A stretch of 64,000 bases of DNA from Promethearchaeota archaeon. Lineage in GTDB: Archaea > Asgardarchaeota > Lokiarchaeia > Sigyniarchaeales > SOKP01. The stretch lies in contig JALGVJ010000042.1 in assembly GCA_029838195.1 (NCBI GenBank), positions 15,224-79,223 on the forward strand, given 5' to 3'. The position numbers and the translations under genes were made by a program. Below the pieces are notes generated by a model. That model was not told the origin of the DNA and did not search any database. It worked only from the letters and a program-made list of their open reading frames with translations. Positions 40,071 to 49,189 of the stretch are shown in pieces (positions within the stretch are counted from its first letter, which is position 1; each line of letters starts with the position of its first letter).

Positions 40071-40122
40071 TTACTATCCAATAAATTAAAATAGTATTTA
40101 AAAAGGAGGTAGAAAGTAATAA

Positions 40123-40722
40123 ATGACGGAAGTTAAAGATGATAAAAAGATTGAGATAAAACAAGAAGAGAATCCTGAAATGAAAAACGATGCTAAGACT
40201 AAAAAGAAATCTAAAACTAAGCAGAAAAGTAAAGACATTCAATTAAGAAGAAATAGAGCATTAACTTCATTGAGCCCCATGACTAGATTCTTTAATGAAA
40301 TAACTCGATTTTTTGATGAATATTTCTGGCGACCTTTTGATTTTTTCTTTCCCGAGGCTTTTGATTTAGCTTTAATGGAAGATAAACCCTTTTTCAGAAC
40401 GCCTTTGGCTAACATTGTAGAGAAGGGGGATAGGTATGAAATTAAAGCTGAACTTCCGGGATTGGACAAGGGAGATTTAGAAATTACTATTCATGATGGG
40501 ATGTTGGAGATTAAAGGTGAGAAAAAAGAAGAACATGAAGAGAAAAAGAAAGGATATTTAAGAAGAGAATACTCTAGTTCGAGCTATTTCCGGTGCTTTA
40601 AATTACCCGATAACATTGACGAAGACAAAATCGATGCTTCGCTAAAACAAGGGTTGTTAAAGATAACGCTTCCCAAAAAAGAAATCGAGCAAAAAGAAAA
40701 GAAAAAAATAAATGTGAAATGA
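40123..40722 (+). CDS. Hsp20/alpha-crystallin small heat shock protein
   Basis: AELPGLDK, LEIKGEK, YLRRE, FKLPD and ASLKQGLLKITLPK motifs; terminal INV. Confidence 0.95.
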   Translation: MTEVKDDKKIEIKQEENPEMKNDAKTKKKSKTKQKSKDIQLRRNRALTSLSPMTRFFNEITRFFDEYFWRPFDFFFPEAFDLALMEDKPFFRTPLANIVEKGDRYEIKAELPGLDKGDLEITIHDGMLEIKGEKKEEHEEKKKGYLRREYSSSSYFRCFKLPDNIDEDKIDASLKQGLLKITLPKKEIEQKEKKKINVK

Positions 40723-40767
40723 TTTTTTTTCTATCTTTATTAATTTAGATTATTAATCGTATAGAAA

Positions 40768-41340
40768 TCAATATATTTTATAAATTGATTGGTCAACACT
40801 CTTTTTAGGAACATGCATTGTACCGGATTCATCTTTCCAATACTTAAAAGAATCAATATATGGTTCAACTATTGATTCTTCATCAGGGTAACCTAAACTA
40901 ATGACTTGTTTAATTTCATATTGCTCTGGAATGTGTAATAATTCACGTATTTTATTTCTCTCGATAGCTCCCATCCAACAGCTACCTAATCCATAATAAG
41001 TTGCTCCTAGTAGAATATTTTCCACGGAAGCTCCTACATCGAAATCTGCAAATTTCTTGATGTTTGTATTATTTAATACGATGATATAAGCGGTGGGCCT
41101 TCTATTTTCCTCAGGAGTACGTTGATTTCGGGGAAGGGCAGAGGCCCAATTCAAGAAGGGAAATAATTGTTCCCTCATTTTGGCATCTGTAATTATAATA
41201 TATTCTAAGCTCTGAACATTCATTCCGGCGGGTGCTAACCGTGCAAAATCGATTAATTCCTTTAAAATCTCTAAAGAAATTTCTTTTTGAGTAAATCTTC
41301 GAATGGTCCTTCTTTTTTGAATTACTGCTTTAAAATCCAT
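40768..41340 (-). CDS. Nitroreductase family protein
   Basis: KRRTIRRF, APAGMNVQ, GLGSCWMG and ISLGYP motifs. Confidence 0.92.
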   Translation of the reverse strand: MDFKAVIQKRRTIRRFTQKEISLEILKELIDFARLAPAGMNVQSLEYIIITDAKMREQLFPFLNWASALPRNQRTPEENRRPTAYIIVLNNTNIKKFADFDVGASVENILLGATYYGLGSCWMGAIERNKIRELLHIPEQYEIKQVISLGYPDEESIVEPYIDSFKYWKDESGTMHVPKKSVDQSIYKIY

Positions 41341-41560
41341 TTTTCCTCTTTCTTGTTTACTTTATAATGGATAGATACATTGATAACATGTTTTTAATTA
41401 ATCAATGAAATATTATTCAAAATCCTTTTTAAATGACAAGAAAATCAAGGAGAATTATAAAATTTATTAAACCTTAAAATGAATTAGATATAATTCTATT
41501 ATTTTAGAATAAATTTCGATTAAATATTGATTTTTATCCTTATATGATTAGGTATTAGAT

Positions 41561-41923
41561 TCATGACTTGGCTTCTCTTTCTAAATAAGATTCAAGTTTC
41601 TCATATTTCAACTTGTAAATCGAAATCCACGTTTTAAATTCCTCAGGAGAGATTAAATGAATTTCAAATACATGACTAAGTGGTAATCCCGCAGTTTCCT
41701 CTAAATTTGCCAGGATCGCAGCTCTCTCAGTTAGACTATTCGGCACATCCGCTACAATTAGAATATCAATATCACTTCCCCCTACGAGTTTTCCTTCTAA
41801 AATGCTTCCAAATATATAGGATTTCGATTGAGGCAACAATTTAACGCGTGCTTCTTCGATTTTCTTTAAATACTCATTCCTGTGCTTCATCATTTCCATT
41901 CTATTTTTCATCATTTCTAGCAC
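41561..41923 (-). CDS. Minimal nucleotidyltransferase (MNT antitoxin-type)
   Basis: YIFGS..GSDIDILI..FEIHL; overlaps the HEPN gene by 23 nt. Confidence 0.88.
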   Translation of the reverse strand: MLEMMKNRMEMMKHRNEYLKKIEEARVKLLPQSKSYIFGSILEGKLVGGSDIDILIVADVPNSLTERAAILANLEETAGLPLSHVFEIHLISPEEFKTWISIYKLKYEKLESYLEREAKS

Positions 41924-42293
41924 GATTTACTGCCTCCATGATTTTTTCCATTATTTTTATTGCATTGAATGCATCTTCTCTCGTATATATATTATAAATA
42001 TATCTTGAATTTAAATAAGAGGACTCGAGAAGTAGCAAATCATTACGATTGTATTTTAAATTATCATCATTTGTTAGATTATATAGTAATGTTATTAATT
42101 TTCGAATTGAGTGCCCTCGAGGCATTTCTCCCGTGAGTTCTAATATTCTTGCTCTTAAAAAAAGTTGAACAGCTTGTTCTGCCATGAAACACGCTAAATC
42201 CCAATCTTCTTCTTTAATTCTTTCTTTTGCTACTAATGAGAAATTTTTGGCTCGCTGGAAAAAGAGATCTACCTCATTTTTATGCATTTTCAT
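41901..42293 (-). CDS. HEPN domain protein
   Basis: LACFMAEQAVQLFLRA, PRGHSI and YLNSRY motifs. Confidence 0.88.
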   Translation of the reverse strand: MKMHKNEVDLFFQRAKNFSLVAKERIKEEDWDLACFMAEQAVQLFLRARILELTGEMPRGHSIRKLITLLYNLTNDDNLKYNRNDLLLLESSYLNSRYIYNIYTREDAFNAIKIMEKIMEAVNRARNDEK

Positions 42294-42545
42294 TCCTCGT
42301 TATCAATTTAGTAAGAACGAAACCCTTCAATTAACTCTATTTATATTATTGCCAATTCGGATTGTTGAAATGAAGTCAATCTCTTAATATAAATATTTCA
42401 ATTCATAATATAGAATTTACTCATTCGAATTTTGATTGGAAACTAAAATTTCATGTAGATAAAGAGAATAAGAAATGGGGTATTGTTCGTGAAACTAAAC
42501 TTTCACGTTTAAACATCCATGTTTCGGTGATATTTGAATCAAGAG

Positions 42546-42705
42546 TGGGAAAGGAGGGATATATTCCTTCCAAAAGCTTGTTTTGGAAAATTGAACCCCC
42601 GACCTCTTGGTCTCTCGCTGAAAATCAATGACTTTCGGTTCCGAACCAAGAATCATTTCAGGAATCTTTAGAATGATAATTCTTACCAAGCTAGACTACT
42701 TTCCC
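42546..42705 (-). tRNA. trnP: tRNA-Pro(CGG) with three BHB introns (42656-42683, 42612-42639, 42561-42590); CCA not encoded
   Basis: Spliced 74-mer GGGAAAG TA GTCT AGCTTGGTA TGAT T CTTGG TTCGGAA CCAAG AGGTC GGGGG TTCAAAT CCCTC CTTTCCC A folds as a cloverleaf; each intron forms a bulge-helix-bulge. Confidence 0.92.
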
Positions 42706-42726
42706 ACGGATTTAAGATAGGAATTC

Positions 42727-43017
42727 TTAATTATCTTTGATCTTTTCTAAGATTGATAAAATTCGATAAATGGTGGTTCTCGAGTGAAAAGGAATGTTAG
42801 GATCTAACGTTAAGTCATCAACCATGTACATCACGTTTGAAGAGAGGATACCAGGGGTTTCATCTCTCCGGGATAATTCCTCAATGGCATTTTGGGCAAT
42901 ACGTTTAATATTTCTTGGGACGGAGCGGTCTTTAAGCATTCCTTCTAATAAGGTTATTACATTGGCGAAAGCTTTTTCTACTTCTTCACTAAATTTAATC
43001 TCTTCAGTCATTCTCAT
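42727..43017 (-). CDS. UPF0147 family protein
   Basis: DRSVPRNIKR and DPNIPFHSRT motifs. Confidence 0.9.
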   Translation of the reverse strand: MRMTEEIKFSEEVEKAFANVITLLEGMLKDRSVPRNIKRIAQNAIEELSRRDETPGILSSNVMYMVDDLTLDPNIPFHSRTTIYRILSILEKIKDN

Positions 43018-43133
43018 ACTTACCCCTTTTTTTAATTATTTGGAAAGAATTGCTTTTGAAGTTGAAAAAGTTAAGATATAGAGAAATAATATTGTGAAAC
43101 AAAATAATCCAATAAATTTATTTTTTTTGAATT

Positions 43134-46064
43134 TTAGATATAGTATTTTATTCCGAATTCTCTAATATTTCGGACTAGAGATGGGATTTTAGTATTGAAT
43201 TCCTTAATTTTCTTATTGTATTGTTCAAACAACTCTTCATAATTTACAATATTTCCTTGATCGATTTTTTCTACGAATTTATGAGATATTTGGTGGATAT
43301 CGCTGAAAATGGAGTCAAATTCTTTTTTATAATGTAGTAGTTTGGGATTTACATTTTTTCGTTGTTTTCTCACCATGTTTCGCAACCTTCCCCGTGGAAT
43401 CCGAATTTTTTCAATTAATTCATCACATTCGTTTAAGAAACTATATGCATTTTGTTTTAATTCTTGATTTTCTATTAATTTTGATTCTATGATTTCCGTT
43501 CGCCACGTGTTGATTTTACCTTTTGCGAATGTATCGAAGTTTAAAGAGATGGAATCAATACCTTCTCGAACGAGGAAGCGTAAGAATTCCGGATCGTCGC
43601 TGGGAGCTTGTCCACAGATGCCGACGGATTTTTCATTTTCATGAGCTACTTTAATTAAATGAGAAATTGATCTTCTGATAGCTTCGCTATTTGTAATATA
43701 ATTATATTTATTCGATAGGGGAATTAATTTTTCATTATCTCGTCCACACCCGTATATTAATTGAGTTAGATCATTTGAACCAATAGAAAAGCCATCAAAG
43801 TATTCACAAAAGATATCGGCTAATAAAATATTGGACGGTATTTCTGCCATGCAGTAGATTTTTAATCCATCTTTTCCCCTGACTAATCCTTCTTTTTCCA
43901 TGAGTTCATTAATCGCTTTAGCTTCCTCAGGAGTTCTACAGAAGGGAATCATGGGAATGATATTTTTTAAGCCCCACGATCGTGCCAATGCTATGGCTTT
44001 TAATTCTAAAATGAAGGCATTTTGGAAATCTTCAGAAACATATCGAGAGGCACCTCGAAAGCCAAGCATGGGATTATTCTCGTCACTTTCGTATAACCAT
44101 CCCCCAATTAAATTATAATATTCATTTGTTTTAAAATCAGAGAAGCGCACGACACAAGGAGCAATAGACCCATCGGGTAATTCTTTCCAAACCCCTGCAG
44201 CAATGGTGGCAATCCCTTCAGCGAGTTTTTCTACATAATATTCTTCCTTGTTTTCATAACCGGTTGTTAATTCTCGGATCTTATCCAAGGTTTGTTTGAG
44301 TTTTAAAATTTGCTGATTTAATGGGTCTTTAGGGTGCAAATCGGATTTTTTCATTTGCTCAATACGTTTTCTTTGTTCCAAGAGGATGTCATATCTCATG
44401 ACGAGAGAATCGAATTCGATTAGAGCATTGGGATGAATCTGTATGACATCATTTATGATAAATTCTAAGCGGGCGAGGCCCGTTCCATCAGGATGCTTGC
44501 CGGCGGATAAAGCTCCTTTGGGGATGCCTAAGTTTACCAGGACTTTAGTTCTTGTACGGGGTAATTGGGCAAATTCAATCACGTCATAATCATATTCAAC
44601 TCCTTTTAGCCAAATGCGTGGTTCTCCTTCACTACAATCGATAGTTATTTCTTCAATATTTTGTTCTCTTTGTTTTTCTTTAAGTATTTCTATAATATTA
44701 TCGGCCCCTACGATGGATGCTATGTTTAATTCTCTCGATACTATAGCAGCATGACAAGTAGGCCCTCCTCTTTCAGTAATTACACCGCCTAAATTTTGCA
44801 TGTAAGATGTCCAATCAGGATTGGTTTCTTCCGTGACTAAAATATCTCCTTCTTCCAACTTGTAAGCATCATTGATGGATTCAATTATTTTTAACTTCCC
44901 ATAGCCAATGCGTCTTCCAATAGCCGTTCCAGAATTAGGAATATATAACCCTTCCTCCATTAGCTTTTCCGGATCTTCTAATAAATAAAAAATCTCTTCA
45001 GTATCTCCTTTTTGACTATGGACTGTTTCGGGGCGAGCTTGAACAATATATATTTTTCCATCATTACCCAATGCCCATTCAATATCCATTCGTCTTCCGT
45101 AATGTTCTCGAATTTTTATCGCATATTTTGCCAAGGTTAATACTTGTTCCTTTGTAAGACAATATTCCATCTGTTTTTCTTCAGGAACTGGAACGACTTT
45201 TGTTCCTTGCTTTTCAGTGTCAAATACCATCATCCGTTCTTTTCGAATTAACTCTCGACTGATGATTCGAAGTTGCTTTGGGTCATGTTTAAATACAATG
45301 AATTCATCGCCTTTTTCCACGCCTTGTACGATTAATTCTCCCAATCCCCACGTGCCCCGAATGGCCACGACATTTGGATTTCCTGAATCGGGATCTTCAG
45401 TAAACATTACGCCTGAAGCTCTGACTCCCTCTGTTCCTCCCGCTATTTCTTGAACACCTACGGATAATTTAACCGCAAAATGATCAAATCCCGCTCTTTC
45501 TCGATATGCCGTAGCACGAGTCGTGAACACGGAAGCCATGTCTTTTAAAATATATTCTAATACTTGCTCTTCACCCGTAATGTTTAAATGCGTATCTTGT
45601 TGTCCGGCAAATGAAGCATCAGGAAGATCTTCCGCAGTAGCTGAACTCCTTATCGCAAATGTCGTTTCATGACCAATTTTTTCTATTAATTTTTCATAAG
45701 CATCAATAATTTCGTCCCTCAAGGAATCGGGAATTTTTGCTTGCTCAATATGAGTTCTTATGTTTGCACAGATTTTATCAACGGTTTGGATGGATTGTAT
45801 ATCTTCTTTCTTAAGTTCATTAGAAATCTTGTGGATTTGTTCTCTGATGTATTCTTTTAAAGAAACGAGCCGCCCATCGTATAAAATGTCATTCGATTCT
45901 AAAACATAATCAAACGCATTCGCTAAAACAGCAAAGCCTAAAGGCACGGGAATGCCAAAGCTTAATAGTTCTCCTAGGGAAGCATTTTTACCTCCCACGG
46001 TATTTACATGATTTGCCCTTAATTCTTCAAAAAATTTAATGTAGCGATATTTATTTTCAGCCAT
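43134..46064 (-). CDS. ppsA: Phosphoenolpyruvate synthase (pyruvate, water dikinase) with a C-terminal extension
   Basis: VGGKNASLGE, RSSATAEDLPDASFAGQQDT, phospho-His TCHAAI, FSIGSNDLTQ and GICGQAPSD motifs. Confidence 0.96.
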   Translation of the reverse strand: MAENKYRYIKFFEELRANHVNTVGGKNASLGELLSFGIPVPLGFAVLANAFDYVLESNDILYDGRLVSLKEYIREQIHKISNELKKEDIQSIQTVDKICANIRTHIEQAKIPDSLRDEIIDAYEKLIEKIGHETTFAIRSSATAEDLPDASFAGQQDTHLNITGEEQVLEYILKDMASVFTTRATAYRERAGFDHFAVKLSVGVQEIAGGTEGVRASGVMFTEDPDSGNPNVVAIRGTWGLGELIVQGVEKGDEFIVFKHDPKQLRIISRELIRKERMMVFDTEKQGTKVVPVPEEKQMEYCLTKEQVLTLAKYAIKIREHYGRRMDIEWALGNDGKIYIVQARPETVHSQKGDTEEIFYLLEDPEKLMEEGLYIPNSGTAIGRRIGYGKLKIIESINDAYKLEEGDILVTEETNPDWTSYMQNLGGVITERGGPTCHAAIVSRELNIASIVGADNIIEILKEKQREQNIEEITIDCSEGEPRIWLKGVEYDYDVIEFAQLPRTRTKVLVNLGIPKGALSAGKHPDGTGLARLEFIINDVIQIHPNALIEFDSLVMRYDILLEQRKRIEQMKKSDLHPKDPLNQQILKLKQTLDKIRELTTGYENKEEYYVEKLAEGIATIAAGVWKELPDGSIAPCVVRFSDFKTNEYYNLIGGWLYESDENNPMLGFRGASRYVSEDFQNAFILELKAIALARSWGLKNIIPMIPFCRTPEEAKAINELMEKEGLVRGKDGLKIYCMAEIPSNILLADIFCEYFDGFSIGSNDLTQLIYGCGRDNEKLIPLSNKYNYITNSEAIRRSISHLIKVAHENEKSVGICGQAPSDDPEFLRFLVREGIDSISLNFDTFAKGKINTWRTEIIESKLIENQELKQNAYSFLNECDELIEKIRIPRGRLRNMVRKQRKNVNPKLLHYKKEFDSIFSDIHQISHKFVEKIDQGNIVNYEELFEQYNKKIKEFNTKIPSLVRNIREFGIKYYI

Positions 46065-46514
46065 TATCTGTCACTGGAAATACGATATTATTTTAAAATC
46101 TTTTATTCCATTATTTGTGAATTAAACATTTTAGAAAAAACTTGTAGTTTTTATAAACATTATTTAATGTTCTTCCAAAAATCTAAAAAAAAATACTAAA
46201 AATAAAACAATATCTAATAAATTCAGTTAATATTTAAAAATATTTTAATTAAAGGAGATATAACCATTTCTTTTTGAAAATTAGAAAATCCGAGGTCTTA
46301 ATTTCGAAATGCAAAATCTCTAAATCAAAAATGAGAGAAGCCGTTCCCTGCCAAGTAAATTTAATCAATTGATTTCCCTCATCATCATTAATTTTTATTT
46401 TATTAACATGTTGCTACACTTTTTTTCTTTAGAAAATGCCTTAACCAAGGAGAGAAGCGAGTACATAAATCAAATTAAGGAATAAACCAAAAACAGAAAT
46501 AATAAAAAATTAAA

Positions 46515-47033
46515 TCATTTTAATTCTTTTTCAAAAACATCAAAATCTGCTTTAGTATAAAGGCAAAAAATAACTTCCTCGATTTGAGTAGCGCCACTTA
46601 AATATTCTTTCACGGTAGAAATCATTACTTTAGCACAGCGGTCAATTGGATATCCAAAAATACCGGTAGAGATGGCAGGAAAAGCGATTGATTTTAATCC
46701 ATGTTCATCCATTAATTTCAGACTATTTAAAGTTGCATTCCGCAATTTTTCATCCTCATTTCCCTCTCCCATGCGGGGTCCTACAGCGTGAATTACATGT
46801 TTGGCTTTAAGATTACCCCCCGTTGTGATTACAGCACCACCCACGTGAGTACCACCTATTTTATTGCATTCTTCTTGAATTTTTGGTCCTCCTTTTCTCC
46901 TTATAGCTCCCGCAACCCCCCCTCCCAAAATTAATTGGGCATTTGCGGCATTCACGATAACATCCGTGCTAAGCTCAGTGATATCTCCTTGAACGAGCTT
47001 AATCCAAGAATTTTTTACTTTCAATTCTCTCAT
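46515..47033 (-). CDS. Macro domain protein (YmdB/Af1521-like ADP-ribose hydrolase)
   Basis: GDIT, IVNAAN, GGGVAGAI, VIHAVGP and PAISTGIFGYP motifs. Confidence 0.95.
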   Translation of the reverse strand: MRELKVKNSWIKLVQGDITELSTDVIVNAANAQLILGGGVAGAIRRKGGPKIQEECNKIGGTHVGGAVITTGGNLKAKHVIHAVGPRMGEGNEDEKLRNATLNSLKLMDEHGLKSIAFPAISTGIFGYPIDRCAKVMISTVKEYLSGATQIEEVIFCLYTKADFDVFEKELK

Positions 47034-47156
47034 TAATTTTCCCTCTTTTTATTTTTAAGTTCTTAAAAATTCTATAATTAAAAATACAATCTTACTTAAA
47101 GAAAAATTTTAGGATAATAATTAAATAAAAAAAGAGCTTATTAAATAACTTCAATT

Positions 47157-48032
47157 TTACTTTACAGAATAATCTATTAGCGTAAATTCTGAATCATCTT
47201 CATTAAAAAACCCTTTTATTATTCCAGAACCAATTAAATCAAAAATAATTCCAATTATTTCTTTTTCTGTAAGATTTACATGTTCTGTTATATATTTAAT
47301 TTTAACATTGCTTTTTGCAATAATAATCCCTAAGATTCGTTTTTCGATTTCCTCTTTATTTGAAGGTGTAATTCCTTTTTTTTCTTGTATTATAATCCCA
47401 TTTGAACTCATCATGGCATTTTCAAGTCCGTTCTTTTCAGTTACATTTTCTCTTGAAAAATGCTTAATTCCTTCTTTTATAAGAGAACCCGCCACTTTTC
47501 CAGAAATATCTCCTAATTCTTCAATATTAGTCATATTTGAAACCTGATCTTTTACGATTTCTTTTGCAATATCCCCTACGTGCTTAGAAGCGATTTTTGA
47601 ACTTTTTTTTAAAATAGTTTTGAATTTTGAAGGAATTACATCTTTATACTTATTTTTCTTTTTTTCAATCATTAATTTCTGTGTCAATTTGTATTGTTCA
47701 AATAATTTTTGATATTGATCTTTTAAATCTAGTTTTAATGCTAAATTCATTGCATTTTCATATTGTTGTAAAGCATCTTGAAAATCTTGTTGGTCAAATT
47801 TTTTAGAGGCTTCGGCTAAGGATTTTTCAAAAACTTTAATATCACTTAAAACTTCTAATGGAAGACTTTTCAAAATTAATCCATTAATTTTCTTATACTC
47901 ATGATCATTGGTTCTTAAGAAAGAGGGTATTTTTTTAAATAAAAAATAAGCTTTAACATAATTTTCTGACTTAATGAGTGAAAACAATTCTTCTTTTAGA
48001 TCATCATCATTTCGCTTGCTATTATTTTGCAT
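47157..48032 (-). CDS. Helical protein with a C-terminal PCI/winged-helix-like domain
   Basis: C-term VKIKYITEHVNLTEKEIIGIIFDLIGSGIIKGFFNED; TPR-like QDALQQYENAMNLA. Confidence 0.6.
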   Translation of the reverse strand: MQNNSKRNDDDLKEELFSLIKSENYVKAYFLFKKIPSFLRTNDHEYKKINGLILKSLPLEVLSDIKVFEKSLAEASKKFDQQDFQDALQQYENAMNLALKLDLKDQYQKLFEQYKLTQKLMIEKKKNKYKDVIPSKFKTILKKSSKIASKHVGDIAKEIVKDQVSNMTNIEELGDISGKVAGSLIKEGIKHFSRENVTEKNGLENAMMSSNGIIIQEKKGITPSNKEEIEKRILGIIIAKSNVKIKYITEHVNLTEKEIIGIIFDLIGSGIIKGFFNEDDSEFTLIDYSVK

Positions 48033-48281
48033 CTAAAACACGTCAATAATATTTTGTCAACTTGGATTTTTAAGAATTTCTAATGGGTATAATAATAAAT
48101 TGGGTTTTAAAAAATAAAGTTCATGAATTTATATATATTTATTGAACGATCATTCATTATTGAATAAGAAAATTCTAAAAACAAATTATTTGTGAATAAT
48201 TAGATAAACCCAAGAAAAATGTAAAAAAATAAGAAGAGAAATAAGTAAAAAGTATTAAAAAATTAAAATAGGAGCGTAAAA

Positions 48282-49040
48282 TCATACCGGATTAGGTTCT
48301 TGTTTAATACTTTTTCCCAGAATCTCATCCAATTTTTTCCTATCTTCTTCGGAAAGCTTTGACATGGTTTCCATTTGTTGTTTCATGAGATCCATCATTA
48401 TTTTTCGGGTTACTACTTGATTTAGTACTGGTAGTGCAATTCTAATGCGCGTGAGCTCGTAGTTCATGGTCTTTGCTGTATCTCTCATGTTTTTTAATTC
48501 TTCCTTGCTCATGCCTTCTTGACCAATTCCGGGACATTCTACATCGACCACGCTAAAGTTTTTTCCGTCAAATTCGAGTGGATACGTTCGGCAACTTAAT
48601 GGGCGATTATCATAGATCAAGCATTTCTTTTGATCTTTATTATAAAGCGGGCATTTTTCCTCTAATAATTCTTCAATAGGCGTCTCTTTTAAGGGATCTT
48701 CTTGCGCACCAGTTTCACTTCCCTCTTTGGGAGGAGGCAAGGGTTTCAAGATGAGATCAAAACTTCCATCGGGTTTTGTATAAATTTCCAAATAAGGCAT
48801 GAAATTAGCAACTACTCCATTTTTAGCCCAGAGCTCAAGATCCCAGAACGTTATTGGAATGGGGCCTCGAGAGAGACAACATTTGTCACAACGGGTGCAT
48901 TTAAAGGTGAATTTTGTTTTTCCTTTTTTAGACTCGCTGGCCTCCTCTCTCTTATCTTCACTTTTCTCTTCCGATACAGTTTCTTTCTTTTCTTCATTTT
49001 TCGTCTCGTTATTATCGTTATCTTTAGTATTATCTGACAT
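48282..49040 (-). CDS. YkgJ-family cysteine-cluster (CxxCxxCC) protein
   Basis: CTRCDKCC and CPLY..CLIYDNRPLSCRTYP motifs. Confidence 0.9.
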   Translation of the reverse strand: MSDNTKDNDNNETKNEEKKETVSEEKSEDKREEASESKKGKTKFTFKCTRCDKCCLSRGPIPITFWDLELWAKNGVVANFMPYLEIYTKPDGSFDLILKPLPPPKEGSETGAQEDPLKETPIEELLEEKCPLYNKDQKKCLIYDNRPLSCRTYPLEFDGKNFSVVDVECPGIGQEGMSKEELKNMRDTAKTMNYELTRIRIALPVLNQVVTRKIMMDLMKQQMETMSKLSEEDRKKLDEILGKSIKQEPNPV

Positions 49041-49189
49041 TTTACCTAGATCTAACCTCTGTTAATTTAAAATTTAATCTGGATATTGGAGTAAATGAAG
49101 GACGGAAAAAAAAAATTTCTATTTTAAATAATATCAATGGTTTTTTTTTGCCGAGAATTATAGAAAATAAAAACGAAGGAAAAGTTAAC

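Noticed and set aside
42495-42689. 64-aa minus-strand ORF in the track
   Set aside because: It overlaps the intron-containing tRNA-Pro and has no protein-like features
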